A DNA stretch of 64,000 nucleotides from an uncultured Actinomycetota bacterium (lineage in GTDB: Bacteria > Actinomycetota > UBA4738), in assembly GCA_963781595.1 (NCBI GenBank), contig CAWAGG010000006.1, forward strand, positions 522,201 to 586,200. The letters run 5' to 3'. Below, piece after piece: positions 40,330 through 50,338 of this stretch. Below the pieces are notes generated by a model. The model ran no database searches. It saw only the letters and a list, made by a program, of their open reading frames with translations, and was not told the origin of the DNA. Each line of letters opens with the position of its first letter. The stretch's first letter is position 1. The translations under genes and the position numbers were made by a program.

Positions 40330-41433
40330 GTGAGTGAGAGCGTCGCCACGACCCCCGAGGTCGTCGAGCCCGGCCGCGAGGGGTTCTTCCCAGCCGGATG
40401 GACGTCGCTCCCACCCGAGCACAACGTCGAGATGCCCTGGGGGGACGTCGATTCCGACGCGTACCTGACGCCGAACGACCGGTTCTTCGTGCGGAGCCAT
40501 AGCTCGACACCGGCGATCGACCCGGGCACCTGGCGGCTGCGGATCGACGGCGACGCGGCTTCGCGTGGGATCGAGATCGCCTACGACGAACTGATCGCGA
40601 TGCCCTCCATCACCTACGTCCGGGCGCTCGAGTGCGCGGGCAACGGCCGCGTACTGTTCGAGGCGACGCAGGGACGCACCCCGCCGGGCGCCATGTGGCG
40701 GCTCGGCGCGATCGGGGTCGCCGAGTGGACCGGCGTCCCGCTCGCCGCGATCCTGGAGCGAGCCGGGGTCGACCGATCCGCGCGCGAGGTCGTCCCCGAG
40801 GGCCTCGACGAGTTGCACGTTCGGAGGCCGCTCCCCCTGGAGCGCGCGATCGCCGCGGACGCGATCGTTGCGTTCGAGATGAACGGCGAACCCCTCCCGG
40901 CCGATCACGGGTTCCCGGCGCGGCTGATCGTGCCGGGCTGGGCGGCCGTGGCCAGCATCAAGTGGCTCGGCCGGCTCGAGGTCACCGCGCGGCCGTCGTT
41001 CACCTGGTGGAACACCGAGCACTACGTGCTCCGCGGCCCCGACTACGAGCCCGAGGGCCCCGGCGACGGCCAGGTGATCCGCGAACAGGTCATGAAGAGC
41101 GCGTTCGCGCTGCCGTGGCCGGCGCGCCTGAGCGCGGGCCGGCAGCGGGTCCACGGCCGCTCGTGGGCGCCGGACGCGGCGATCGCCATGGTCGAGGTGA
41201 GCGTCGACGGTGGCCGGACGTGGTTCGACGCGGATCTGCGTGAGCCGAACGTCCCCGGCGCATGGGTGCGGTGGTCGTTCGATTGGCTCGCGGAGCCCGG
41301 TTCGTTCGAGCTGCGCGCACGGGCGACGGATGCGCGCGGACGCTCGCAGCCGGACGAGGTTCCGTGGAACGAACGCGGGTACCTCTACGGCGGGGTCGTC
41401 GGGCACCCCGTGGAGGTGGTGGCCTCAGGCTGA
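40330..41433 (+). CDS. Sulfite oxidase-like molybdopterin oxidoreductase
   Basis: Moco-binding domain (ALECAGNGR ... PARLIVPGWAAVASIKWL) plus dimerisation domain. Confidence 0.85.
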   Translation: MSESVATTPEVVEPGREGFFPAGWTSLPPEHNVEMPWGDVDSDAYLTPNDRFFVRSHSSTPAIDPGTWRLRIDGDAASRGIEIAYDELIAMPSITYVRALECAGNGRVLFEATQGRTPPGAMWRLGAIGVAEWTGVPLAAILERAGVDRSAREVVPEGLDELHVRRPLPLERAIAADAIVAFEMNGEPLPADHGFPARLIVPGWAAVASIKWLGRLEVTARPSFTWWNTEHYVLRGPDYEPEGPGDGQVIREQVMKSAFALPWPARLSAGRQRVHGRSWAPDAAIAMVEVSVDGGRTWFDADLREPNVPGAWVRWSFDWLAEPGSFELRARATDARGRSQPDEVPWNERGYLYGGVVGHPVEVVASG

Positions 41434-41820
41434 GGGTCGCGCACGCCCGATCGCCAGCGCGACGCCCCGCCAGAGGAGCAGCAGGGCCAACGTCACCGCC
41501 AACGTCACGCCCAGGAACGCGAACTCGTCACCGTTCCAGGATCGGGTCAGGATGAGGGACCGGAGGATCACGCCCGCGGTGATGCCGATCGCCCAGGTCT
41601 CGAGGAACCGCGCGAGCCCCGGACGTGCATACGTTCGCAGCAGCGCGGCTGCGGCGAACCACCCGATCAGGATCGGTCCCGCGTTCCGAAGGAGACCGGC
41701 GACCGTGACCCCCTCCTCGTGATGCGCGAGGCCGAGCACCGCCCAGAGAACAAGCACGGCGCCGTCACCGATCGCCAGGGCGACCGGCGCGAGGGTGCGT
41801 TCGTTCCGAACCACGCTCAT
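41425..41820 (-). CDS. DUF3054-like small membrane protein
   Basis: 4 TM, 131 aa; 9-nt convergent overlap with previous gene. Confidence 0.5.
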   Translation of the reverse strand: MSVVRNERTLAPVALAIGDGAVLVLWAVLGLAHHEEGVTVAGLLRNAGPILIGWFAAAALLRTYARPGLARFLETWAIGITAGVILRSLILTRSWNGDEFAFLGVTLAVTLALLLLWRGVALAIGRARPSA

Positions 41821-41930
41821 GACGGGCTCCATTCTGGTCGCCCGGACATCGGGGCGACCATTCGGTAAAGCAACCTGACCATCCGCGGGGTTCAGTGGCG
41901 GTTCGCCGGAAGCCGAGGATGATAGGCAGG

Positions 41931-42473
41931 ATGGACAGCCTCCGCGGGAACCTCCTGATCGCCGGGCCGACGTTGTTCGACCCGAACTTCCGGCGCGCGG
42001 TCGTCCTGGTCGGCGAGCACACGGACGAGGGCGCGCTCGGCGTGGTGCTGAACCGACCGTCGCCCGCCACCGTGCAGGAGATCGTTCCCCCGTTGGCGCC
42101 GCTCGCGGGACCCGAAGAGCTGCTGTTCTTCGGCGGCCCGGTCCAGCCGGAGGCCGTCATCGTGCTGGCGGAGTTCGACGAACCCGATCGCGCCGAGATG
42201 CTCGTGCTGGACCGGATCGGGTTCCTGATCGGCGAGGTCGACCCCGACCAGACCGGGCCGATCGCCCGCGCCCGGATCTTCGCCGGCTACACGGGGTGGG
42301 GCCCGGGCCAGCTCGAGGCTGAGGTCGATGAGTCGTCGTGGCTGATCGGTCCCGCGGTGCCCGACGACGTGTTCGGCCCGGCGGACGCGGACCTGTGGCG
42401 CGTGGCCGTCAGGCGCAAGGGCCGCGGGTTCGCGACGCTGTCGCTGATGCCGGCCGACCCGACGATGAACTGA
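41931..42473 (+). CDS. YqgE/AlgH (UPF0301) family protein
   Basis: LRGNLLIAGP...DPNFRRAVVLVGEH...GALGVVLNRP conserved block. Confidence 0.75.
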   Translation: MDSLRGNLLIAGPTLFDPNFRRAVVLVGEHTDEGALGVVLNRPSPATVQEIVPPLAPLAGPEELLFFGGPVQPEAVIVLAEFDEPDRAEMLVLDRIGFLIGEVDPDQTGPIARARIFAGYTGWGPGQLEAEVDESSWLIGPAVPDDVFGPADADLWRVAVRRKGRGFATLSLMPADPTMN

Positions 42474-42486
42474 CCGCGCCGGCCCG

Positions 42487-43899
42487 TCACGGCACGTCGC
42501 TGATCCGCCACTTCTTCCAGAACTTCTTCAGGTTCACCGGGTTGGGCAGCGTGTTTGCGAACGCCTGCACCTCGACCTTGAACGCGTCCGTCGTTGACCA
42601 GCCGAGGGCGTGTTCGACCGCATAGCCGTGGATGAACGTCGCCATCTCGTCCAGTCCGAGCGCATCGCCGAGGGCGTGTAGGGCGCACGACCCGATCGAG
42701 TACACGACCTGTCCGTACCAGCCCTGATGGACGTTCCAGTACGCCATCGGGTTCGTGATCCGGGCGTCATCCGCCGGGAACTGCTGGAGGTCGCAGCCGT
42801 TCCCGTCGTTCCCGAAGTACAGATCGGTCGCGTACGTCGCGAACGCCTCGTCGAGCCACGGTTCGGTGTACTGGTCGTCGCCGACCATGCCGAACCACCA
42901 CTGGTGCCCCAGCTCGTGCACCAGCGGCGTGCTCCCGGCGTCGGTCATGACGAACTGCGGGTACTCCATCCCGCCGAACCTCGTGAAGACCCCGAGGACG
43001 ACGTCGATCTCCTGGTACGGGTACGGGCCGAACCGGTCGGCGTGCGCGGCCATCGCGAGCTTCGACAGGGACAGCATGTTGTTCGCCTGCGTCTCCGAGA
43101 TCGGGTCGGTCCACCACACCTTGACGAGGACGCCGGTCGAGGCGGGGCCCTCGACCTCCGACAGCGGTCCGGACGCCCAGGCGAAGTCGCGAACGTCGTC
43201 GGCTTCGATCGTCGTCGTCCGGGTCTTCCCGCTGACCGTGGACGACGTGACCGTGCCGGTCGCCGGGATCTTGAGCTTCTTGGGCGTGGTGAACGTGACG
43301 GTGAAGTCGCCGATCTGCGAGTAGAAGCTCTCGCCGTTCTCCGTGTAGGGCTCGAGGTGCCATCCCAGCGCGTCGTGGATCGCGAGGACCGGGATCGCGT
43401 TGCCGACCAGCGCCATCTTCCCGATCCGCCCGAACCGCCAATTGGTGTTCGGCGTGGTGATCGTGACCTTGAACGACAGCGTGGCGGTGTCGTTCTGCTG
43501 CAGCGGCGTCTTCAGCGTCACCGGGAGCGCCGTGCAGTCGACGTCGAGGTCGCCGGCCTTCCCGCCCTTGACCTTCGACACCTTGATCGGGAGGGGCTTC
43601 GCGCAGCCGGTCAGGCCGTTGTCCCAGAGGCGGATCCAGACCATGTCGAGCGGGACGGTACCGACGTTCGTGAACGCGACCTTCTCAGTGCCGCTCCAGA
43701 CGAACCCGTCCTTGTCGCTCGTAAGGTCCAGCGTGTAGACCGGATCGGCCGGCGTCCGGATCCCTCGGGGGTCACCGGAGGCGGGCGACGACGCGGCCCA
43801 GGACGCCGTCGCTGGCACGATCAGGGCCGCCGCGACCAGGACGGTGGTCAGGAGCCCGAGTCGGCCCGTCGGCCGCCGGTTCCGTTCGCGTGCGTTCAC
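42487..43899 (-). CDS. M1-family zinc metallopeptidase (aminopeptidase N-like), secreted
   Basis: HELGHQWWFGMV...LDEAFATYA (HEXXH+E), N-terminal signal/TM. Confidence 0.8.
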   Translation of the reverse strand: MNARERNRRPTGRLGLLTTVLVAAALIVPATASWAASSPASGDPRGIRTPADPVYTLDLTSDKDGFVWSGTEKVAFTNVGTVPLDMVWIRLWDNGLTGCAKPLPIKVSKVKGGKAGDLDVDCTALPVTLKTPLQQNDTATLSFKVTITTPNTNWRFGRIGKMALVGNAIPVLAIHDALGWHLEPYTENGESFYSQIGDFTVTFTTPKKLKIPATGTVTSSTVSGKTRTTTIEADDVRDFAWASGPLSEVEGPASTGVLVKVWWTDPISETQANNMLSLSKLAMAAHADRFGPYPYQEIDVVLGVFTRFGGMEYPQFVMTDAGSTPLVHELGHQWWFGMVGDDQYTEPWLDEAFATYATDLYFGNDGNGCDLQQFPADDARITNPMAYWNVHQGWYGQVVYSIGSCALHALGDALGLDEMATFIHGYAVEHALGWSTTDAFKVEVQAFANTLPNPVNLKKFWKKWRISDVP

Positions 43900-44025
43900 G
43901 GGCTCCTCCTCGCGTTCGCGGCGATGCCTCGATCCTGCTCGGGCGAGCGAGGGTAGCCTGCGCAGGCGACCAGGGACAAACCGGTCACGGTCTCTCGACC
44001 GGAGCCTCCGGGGCGCGGCGCCCGG

Positions 44026-44274
44026 CTACGCGTCTGCGAGCGGACGCTTGAAGACCAGCCGGAACCGGTCGACGACGTGCGCCACCGGCCCGTCGCCCTT
44101 GGCCGTCGTCAGCTGCGGGCCGAACCCGACCAGCTCCCAGCCGTCACGGCCGTGGGCGTTCAGGATCGCCTCCCATCCGACCTGACCGGAGTCGCCGCCG
44201 CTCTGGACCCAGTCGTTCACCTCCGGCGCGTAGTCGTAGACGAGACGAACGGACCGATACTCCCAGCGCTGCAT
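44026..44274 (-). CDS. DUF4177 domain protein
   Basis: MQRWEYRSV...GWELV pattern, 82 aa. Confidence 0.5.
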   Translation of the reverse strand: MQRWEYRSVRLVYDYAPEVNDWVQSGGDSGQVGWEAILNAHGRDGWELVGFGPQLTTAKGDGPVAHVVDRFRLVFKRPLADA

Positions 44275-44326
44275 CTGGCACCTCCTGGTGGCATCCGACG
44301 GCTGAGCATCTTACGTGCGCGAGCGA

Positions 44327-45343
44327 TCAGCGGAACCGCTGACGCTCAGGAGCCACGATACCGGCGACGGCATCGCCCCGAAGGGCACGCACGACGTTCT
44401 CGGCGGCTTGCCTGGCCGCGATCGCGTCGATCCCCGGCACGAACCCGGAGTTGTGCGGCGAGCCGAGCATGTTCGGCAGGCCGAAGAACGGGAAATCGAT
44501 CCGGAACTCGCCGTCGACGACGGGTTCGATCCACCAGGTGTCGATCCCCGCGGAGAAGTCCGGATGCGTCCGGAGGTGTTCGTATAGGGGCGCCTGATCG
44601 ACGATCGCGCCGCGGGCCACGTTGACCAGGATCGCGCCGGGCTTCATGCGCGCGAGCTGTTCGGCACCGATCAGCCCCCTGGTCGCGGGCGTCAGCGGGA
44701 TCGCGATGACCACCACGTCCGAGGCCGCCAGCACCTGATCCAGGTCCGCGAGCGTCCCGCAGAACTCGACCGGCTCGTCCGTCCGGCCGGTCGTGTTGAT
44801 CGCCTGGATCCGCGCCCCGAGCGCCGCCATCAGCCGGGCGGTCGCCTTCCCGATCCCGCCGAAGCCGACCACGCCACAGACGGAACCCGCGATCCATCGG
44901 GTCGGCGGCCGCTGGTCGAACACACCCCTCGCCAGCTCCGCGTGCTTCTGCGGCAGTCGTTTCGCCAGCGCCATCGCCATGGCGACGGCATGCTCGGCGA
45001 TGGGAGCGGCGTACGCGCCGACGTTCGCTGCCAGGACGGCGCCCGGCTGCAGGATGTCGAACGGCACCGTGTCCGCCCCCGCGGAGAGCAGCTGGATGAA
45101 CCGGACCGAACCGACCGCCCGGAGCTCGTCGTCGGAGAGCGCCGGGTTGGGGAACCACGTGATGACGGCCCGCGCGCCGGTGAGCGCTGCGACCCGCTGT
45201 TCCACCGGGACCTCGGGCAACACCACGATCCGCGCGACGTCGCCGAGGACCTCCTGGAACGCGGCGCGGCGTTCGTCGTTGGGCTGAAACGTCAAGACGA
45301 CGACCGGGCGGTCCGGCGTCGTGCCCTCGCTCACCCGCGTCGC
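44327..45343 (-). CDS. D-isomer-specific 2-hydroxyacid dehydrogenase (NAD-binding)
   Basis: GVVGFGGIGKATARL NAD fold, catalytic R/E/H region (NVARGAIVD ... HNSG); GTG start. Confidence 0.8.
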   Translation of the reverse strand, partial: ATRVSEGTTPDRPVVVLTFQPNDERRAAFQEVLGDVARIVVLPEVPVEQRVAALTGARAVITWFPNPALSDDELRAVGSVRFIQLLSAGADTVPFDILQPGAVLAANVGAYAAPIAEHAVAMAMALAKRLPQKHAELARGVFDQRPPTRWIAGSVCGVVGFGGIGKATARLMAALGARIQAINTTGRTDEPVEFCGTLADLDQVLAASDVVVIAIPLTPATRGLIGAEQLARMKPGAILVNVARGAIVDQAPLYEHLRTHPDFSAGIDTWWIEPVVDGEFRIDFPFFGLPNMLGSPHNSGFVPGIDAIAARQAAENVVRALRGDAVAGIVAPERQRFR

Positions 45344-46293
45344 CGGGGCGTCGGCATGATGCGGTCGAGCTCCTCGAGGTCGTCGTCCGTCGGCTCCCAG
45401 GCGCCGGCGGCCGCGTTCGCCCGGACCTGCTCGGGCGTCATCGCGCCGGCGATCACCGACGACACCGCCGGCTGGGCCGCGAGCCCTCCGATCGCGACAT
45501 CCAGCATCGACACGCCGCGGGCTTTCGCGAAGCCGTCCAGGGCCTCCAGCCGGTCGAACGTCTCGTCGGAGAAGACCTCGTCGCGGCCCTCCAGCCGTGT
45601 GCCGGTGGGGCGCGGTTCGCCGCGCCGGTACTTGCCGGTCAGCAGGCCGCTCCCCAGCGGGAAGTACGGCAGGATCCCGACGCCGTAGCGGACGCACGAG
45701 GGGGCGAGTTCGGCTTCGACCTCGCGCTTCAGCAGGCTGTACTCGTTCTGCGCGGAGACGAACCGCGCCAGGCGGTCGCGGCGCGCGATCCAGTCGGCGT
45801 CGGCGACCTGCCACGCGTCCAGGTTCGACGAACCGATGTATCGAACCTTCCCCTCGCGGACCAGGTCGTCCAGCGCCGCGAGCGTCTCCTCGATCGGCGT
45901 GATGCCGTCCGGCGTGTGGTACTGGTACAGGTCGATGTGGTCGGTCTGCAGGCGCGTCAGCGACGCGTCGATCGCGCGGCGGATGTACCGGCGCGAACCG
46001 CGGGCGCCGCGATCCTGACCGTTCGCGCTATCCATGTTCGCGCCGAACTTCGTCGCCAGGGTCACGTCGTCGCGGCGGCCCTTCAGGACCTCTCCGAGGA
46101 TCGTCTCGCTCCCGCCGTGACCACCGTAGGTGTCGGCGGTGTCGAACAGCGTGATACCTGTATCGAGCGCGGTGTCGACCAGGGCCCGGGTGGCCTCGCG
46201 GTCCAGCCGGCGCCCGACGTTGTTCGTCCCCAGGCCGACCACGGAGACCATCAGGCCGGAGTCGCCGAGGGTTCGGTATCGCATGTCGCTCAT
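45331..46293 (-). CDS. Aldo/keto reductase
   Basis: MRYRTLGDSGLMVSVVGLGT, ...IGSSNL... typical AKR. Confidence 0.8.
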   Translation of the reverse strand: MSDMRYRTLGDSGLMVSVVGLGTNNVGRRLDREATRALVDTALDTGITLFDTADTYGGHGGSETILGEVLKGRRDDVTLATKFGANMDSANGQDRGARGSRRYIRRAIDASLTRLQTDHIDLYQYHTPDGITPIEETLAALDDLVREGKVRYIGSSNLDAWQVADADWIARRDRLARFVSAQNEYSLLKREVEAELAPSCVRYGVGILPYFPLGSGLLTGKYRRGEPRPTGTRLEGRDEVFSDETFDRLEALDGFAKARGVSMLDVAIGGLAAQPAVSSVIAGAMTPEQVRANAAAGAWEPTDDDLEELDRIMPTPRRRG

Positions 46294-46360
46294 CGCGCCA
46301 TCATGGCCGCATGCGTACCCTGTGACCACCCGCCGCGAACCCGAACCGAGGAGCCGAACC

Positions 46361-46969
46361 ATGACCGAGACGATCCGCTTCTACACCGACCCGACCTGCC
46401 CGTGGGCCTGGCAGGGCGCTCGGTGGATCCGCGAGGTCCGAGCTGTGCGCGACATCGAGGTCGAGTGGCGCCTGTTCAGCCTGTTCCTGATCAACGAGCA
46501 CCACGGCGAACTGGAGCCGGAGGCCCGCCACCGGATGATGTTCGCGCTGCGAACGCTCGCGCAGGTGCGGCGCGAGGCGGGGAACGACGGCGTCGAACGC
46601 GCGTACTTCGCGATCGGTCTGCGGAAGCACGACGTGCGGCCCAGGCCGGACCTGACCGATGGGCTGGTTCGCGCGGCGCTCGCCGACGCGCGGTTCGATC
46701 CGGCGCTGCTGGGTCGGGCGCTCGCGGACCCGTCGACGGAGGACGAGGTCGTCGCGGAGCACGAGGCGGTCGTGGGCGACGTCGGGGCGTTCGGCGTCCC
46801 GACGATCGTGCTCCCGAGCGGTCGCGGGATCTTCGGGCCGGTGAAGGCGTTGGCGCCGATGGGGGAGCCCGCCGGCGCGCTGTGGGACCACGTGCGGTGG
46901 CTCACCGAGCAGGAGGACTTCTTCGAACTGAAGCGGATCCGCAGCCGGAAGCCCGGCGAAGCCGCGTAG
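46361..46969 (+). CDS. DsbA-like thioredoxin-fold protein (CPWA active-site motif)
   Basis: GAGGAG RBS; FYTDPTCPWAWQGARW thioredoxin-like CxxC variant. Confidence 0.7.
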   Translation: MTETIRFYTDPTCPWAWQGARWIREVRAVRDIEVEWRLFSLFLINEHHGELEPEARHRMMFALRTLAQVRREAGNDGVERAYFAIGLRKHDVRPRPDLTDGLVRAALADARFDPALLGRALADPSTEDEVVAEHEAVVGDVGAFGVPTIVLPSGRGIFGPVKALAPMGEPAGALWDHVRWLTEQEDFFELKRIRSRKPGEAA

Positions 46970-47070
46970 CGAGGCGCCTCCATCAGCTCCTGGTTCCCGA
47001 GAACGACACCCAGCCAGTGCGCACGGGAACCGAGGTTGACGCCCGTGTATGACAGCGCTAGCCTCTCTGT

Positions 47071-47559
47071 ATGACAAACGTGACGGACTTCGAGCTGTTG
47101 GCCTTCTTCGTCGCGGATCACGCAGCGGTCTCCGAGGGCAAGCTGTACGTGAACGGGGGAGGATGGGACAAGATCACCTTCCCGAGCTACCCGCAGGCCT
47201 TCCCGATCTCGATCGCGGGCCAACTGTTGGTCCCGTATCGCGCGTATCAGCAGGACCACATCTTCGTGATCGGACTCGAGGACAGCGACCGGAACCCGCT
47301 CGAGTACAGGGTTGAAGGGCGGTTCCGCGTCGGCGCCGAGCCTGACCTGAGGGTTGGAGATCCCACTCGGATGCCGTTCGCCGTGCCAGGGAACACGGCG
47401 GCGATCCCAGGACCTGGCGACTACGCATTCACCTTCTCGGTGGACGGCCACGAGTTGGCGAGGCTCGGCATCCGGGCGGTACAGGTCCCGTTCATCACGT
47501 CTCCCGGAGTCGGCGGAGCTCCGCTCGGCCCGGATGACGCGGGCGACGGGTCCGACTGA
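47071..47559 (+). CDS. Hypothetical protein (lower-GC segment)
   Basis: 162 aa ORF, no recognised motif. Confidence 0.4.
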   Translation: MTNVTDFELLAFFVADHAAVSEGKLYVNGGGWDKITFPSYPQAFPISIAGQLLVPYRAYQQDHIFVIGLEDSDRNPLEYRVEGRFRVGAEPDLRVGDPTRMPFAVPGNTAAIPGPGDYAFTFSVDGHELARLGIRAVQVPFITSPGVGGAPLGPDDAGDGSD

Positions 47560-47602
47560 CGAGCTCGGACCGAAGTCAGACGCCGGTTCCCGCGGAGGGC
47601 AA

Positions 47603-47914
47603 GTGGATCTCTGGGACTTCGAAGCCATCGACTGGGACGACGAGGACGATGAGGATGGCGATCTTCGCCACTGCCTGCGACACGGCATCGACCAGTCCAT
47701 CGTCGAGGCCGTGTTGCGGGAGGAACCGGTCGAGATCAAGATGACGGTCCGGAGCGCCGAGTTCGCGATCGTGGGACCAGATGCCGGTGGGCAGATGTGG
47801 ACGCTCCTCTTCGACCGGTCGTACAAGCGCGGAGACTGGTTGCGACCTGTTACAGGCTGGCGATCAGAGGCCGACGAATCTCGGGAATGGAAGCGAGGGA
47901 GGAGGCGCTCATGA
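47603..47914 (+). CDS. BrnT-like (DUF497) type II toxin
   Basis: HGIDQSIVEAVL...VGPDAGGQMWTLLF...RPVTGWRSE resembles BrnT RNase fold; GTG start (alt ATG 47534); stop overlaps next start (ATGA). Confidence 0.5.
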   Translation: MDLWDFEAIDWDDEDDEDGDLRHCLRHGIDQSIVEAVLREEPVEIKMTVRSAEFAIVGPDAGGQMWTLLFDRSYKRGDWLRPVTGWRSEADESREWKRGRRRS

Positions 47915-48279
47915 CGGACGGAGCTGATGCTCGAGACGACGAGCGTCGTCGCCGTGCGATCGCTGAGGGGAATCGCGGCCAGGTGGAAGAAGGCTCAGGG
48001 CGTGCGATCGAGGGTCGAAGTGTGCCGCAGATGGTCTCGGTGAGACTGGAAGCCGAACTCGTTGGAGCCCTGAGACAGCTTGCGACGAGCCGTGGCGTCA
48101 GCCTGAGCGACGTGCTACGGCGTGGGGCGGAGCTCGTCGTTGGGGAGGCAACGAGAACCCCGCAGATCATCTACGCGCTCGAGATCACGACGGTGAAACT
48201 GGAACCGACCGGCTTCGCCGGGGTCTGGCACCAGCCCACGACCACGGGCCTGGAGGAAGCTCGGAGAGCCGCTTCCTAG
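47911..48279 (+). CDS. BrnA-like ribbon-helix-helix (CopG) antitoxin
   Basis: VSVRLEAELVGALRQLATSRGVSLSDVLRRG RHH motif; GGGAGGAGG RBS. Confidence 0.5.
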   Translation: MTDGADARDDERRRRAIAEGNRGQVEEGSGRAIEGRSVPQMVSVRLEAELVGALRQLATSRGVSLSDVLRRGAELVVGEATRTPQIIYALEITTVKLEPTGFAGVWHQPTTTGLEEARRAAS

Positions 48280-48303
48280 CGATCTCGCGGGGTCCGATCG
48301 CTC

Positions 48304-49179
48304 CTACAGGTCGTCGAACGGGTTACGGTCCTCGCCGGTCGTCTCGCGGAGGAACCGTTCGACCTCCGCGGCGATCCCCTCGCCGCTCGCGATCGCCTCG
48401 GGCGCAGGAAGGTCCTCCAGCCGCTCGAGGTACTGCTGCGCGTCGGGGCGTTCCGCGACCACCTGATCGAGCCTGATCCGCTCCTGGTGCGCCTGTTCGA
48501 CCAGCTCCTTGGTGGGGAGCTCGATGCCGAGGTGCGACGACAGGCGTTCGACGAGCGCGAGGGCCCCTCCCACGTAGCTCCCGGCGACGTAGTGGGGGAC
48601 GTGCGCCCAGAACCCGACGCTGGGGATCCCGTGCTCCGCGAGGCCGAGTTCGATCAGGTTCACCGCGGACGCGGGCACGCGGAGGAACTCGGCCGGCAAC
48701 GGCGGGTCGGTCTCGGTGGGCGTGCGTTCCGCGCCGGTCATCAGCACCGGCGTCGGGCGCGTGTGCGGGACCACCGCCGGGATCGCGCCGAGGGAGACGC
48801 TCTCGACCACGCCGAGGCGCAGCGCCATCTCGCGGGCATCCAGGCCGAACGCCCGCCACCGATAGTCGGGCTCGGGGCCGGTGAAGATCAGCAGGTCGCG
48901 GTCGCCAGCCGGGACGCGGCGGACGTTCAGGGTGAGCCAGGTGACCTCGTCCATCCGGCCCTCGACGATGTCGAGCGTCGGCCGCCGCGCCCGGTAGTCC
49001 AGCAGCGCGTCGACGTCGAACTCCGCCACGGTCTGACCCGCCTGCGCGATGTGCTCCGCCGCGGTCGTGGCCGCGTCGCCCGCGTCGACCCAGCCATCGA
49101 GCGCGGTGATCAACGCGGGCGCGCGCAGCGGCTCGTCGAGGATGATCTTGTACAGGCTCACGCGTTGAGCTTGCCACAC
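48304..49179 (-). CDS. PAC2 (proteasome assembly chaperone-like) family protein
   Basis: LITALDGWVDAGDAATTAAEHI...LLIFTGPEPDYRW pattern. Confidence 0.7.
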   Translation of the reverse strand: MWQAQRVSLYKIILDEPLRAPALITALDGWVDAGDAATTAAEHIAQAGQTVAEFDVDALLDYRARRPTLDIVEGRMDEVTWLTLNVRRVPAGDRDLLIFTGPEPDYRWRAFGLDAREMALRLGVVESVSLGAIPAVVPHTRPTPVLMTGAERTPTETDPPLPAEFLRVPASAVNLIELGLAEHGIPSVGFWAHVPHYVAGSYVGGALALVERLSSHLGIELPTKELVEQAHQERIRLDQVVAERPDAQQYLERLEDLPAPEAIASGEGIAAEVERFLRETTGEDRNPFDDL

Positions 49180-49195
49180 GAGGCGCCCTTCGAGG

Positions 49196-50338
49196 TCAGG
49201 GGACCGCGGCCGGCCTCAGGCCTCGTCGTTCGACGGGCTCGGGGGCGAGCGCCGGCACGACGAGCCCGATCAGCCCCGGGACCGCGATCACGGCCGCGAT
49301 CGCGACGACCGTCGCGTCGATCCGGTCGCGTGAGAGCAGGATGCCCGCGATCGCGCCGCCGAGCGGCGGCGTCGACTGCATCAGGGTCCGCAGGGCGCCG
49401 AAGACCCGCCCGCGCATCTCCGGTGGGATCAGCCGCATGCGCAGCGTCTGCGCCCAGATCGTGAGCGGCGAGGCGAAGAAGCCGGCGACCGCGAGCGTCA
49501 CCAGGGCTGTGCCCAGGTTCGGCGCGAACAGCAGGCCCAGGTAGCTCGCGCCCGCGATCGTCTGCGCGACGGCGATCGAGCGGCCGAGCGGGTACCGCCA
49601 CCGCAGCGCGCCGACGATCGCGGATCCGGCGAGGGCCGCGACGGCGAACGTCGACAGCATCAGGCCGAACGTCCCCGCCCCGCCGCCCAGCTCGCGGCGT
49701 GCGTAGATCGGGCCGAGGACCATCAGCATCCCCTCCCCGACGTTCGCGGCCATGAACATCAGGGTCGTGGCGTAGACGGGCGGGGTTCGCCGGAGGAACC
49801 GCAGCGCTGGCTTGAGCCCCAGCCGTGGGCCGGCCGCCACATCGCCGCGCGGTGTCTCCTGCGGCGTCGGTGGGATCCGGAGCGCCAGTAGGAACCCGAT
49901 GAACACGACGTAGGACGCGGCATCGACCGCCAGGACCGTCGCCGCACCGACCGCCGCGATCAGCACCCCTGCAACCGCCGGCCCGCCGACGTCGGCGGCG
50001 CCGAAGCTCACCGACTCCATCGCGTTCGCCGTGTTCAGGTCATCCTCGGCCACGAGCGACGGGACGATCGCCGGCACGCCGGCCCAGTTCGCCATCTTCA
50101 GCAGGCCGTAGAGGGCCGCGACCGCGTACAGCTGCCAGACCTGCAGGACGCCGAGGGCGGATGCGATCGGGACCGAGGCGACCGCCAGACCCAGGGCAGC
50201 GTTCACGCCGATCAGGAAGCGCCGCCGGTCGTGACGGTCGAGCGCGGCGCCCATCAGGAACCCTCCGGCCAGCACGGGTGCGGTGTACACGATGACCAGG
50301 AGGCCCACCGCGCGCGGCGAGCCGGTTTCGGACAGCAC
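49196..50338 (-). CDS. MFS transporter; native N-terminus (MRA-x-LRLLRNGPFARLWFG..., GTG at 50449) interrupted by in-frame TAG at 50438-50440
   Basis: ORF finder start GTG 50338 would delete TM1; upstream in frame reads V-R-A-TAG-LRLLRNGPFARLWFGSTVSSFGDALTWVALVWLV. Confidence 0.6.
   Translation of the reverse strand: MLSETGSPRAVGLLVIVYTAPVLAGGFLMGAALDRHDRRRFLIGVNAALGLAVASVPIASALGVLQVWQLYAVAALYGLLKMANWAGVPAIVPSLVAEDDLNTANAMESVSFGAADVGGPAVAGVLIAAVGAATVLAVDAASYVVFIGFLLALRIPPTPQETPRGDVAAGPRLGLKPALRFLRRTPPVYATTLMFMAANVGEGMLMVLGPIYARRELGGGAGTFGLMLSTFAVAALAGSAIVGALRWRYPLGRSIAVAQTIAGASYLGLLFAPNLGTALVTLAVAGFFASPLTIWAQTLRMRLIPPEMRGRVFGALRTLMQSTPPLGGAIAGILLSRDRIDATVVAIAAVIAVPGLIGLVVPALAPEPVERRGLRPAAVP

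Noticed and set aside
39316-41406. 696-aa minus-strand ORF overlapping the sulfite-oxidase-like gene
   Set aside because: Antisense to a motif-rich Moco oxidoreductase; low-complexity Arg/Pro/Gly composition
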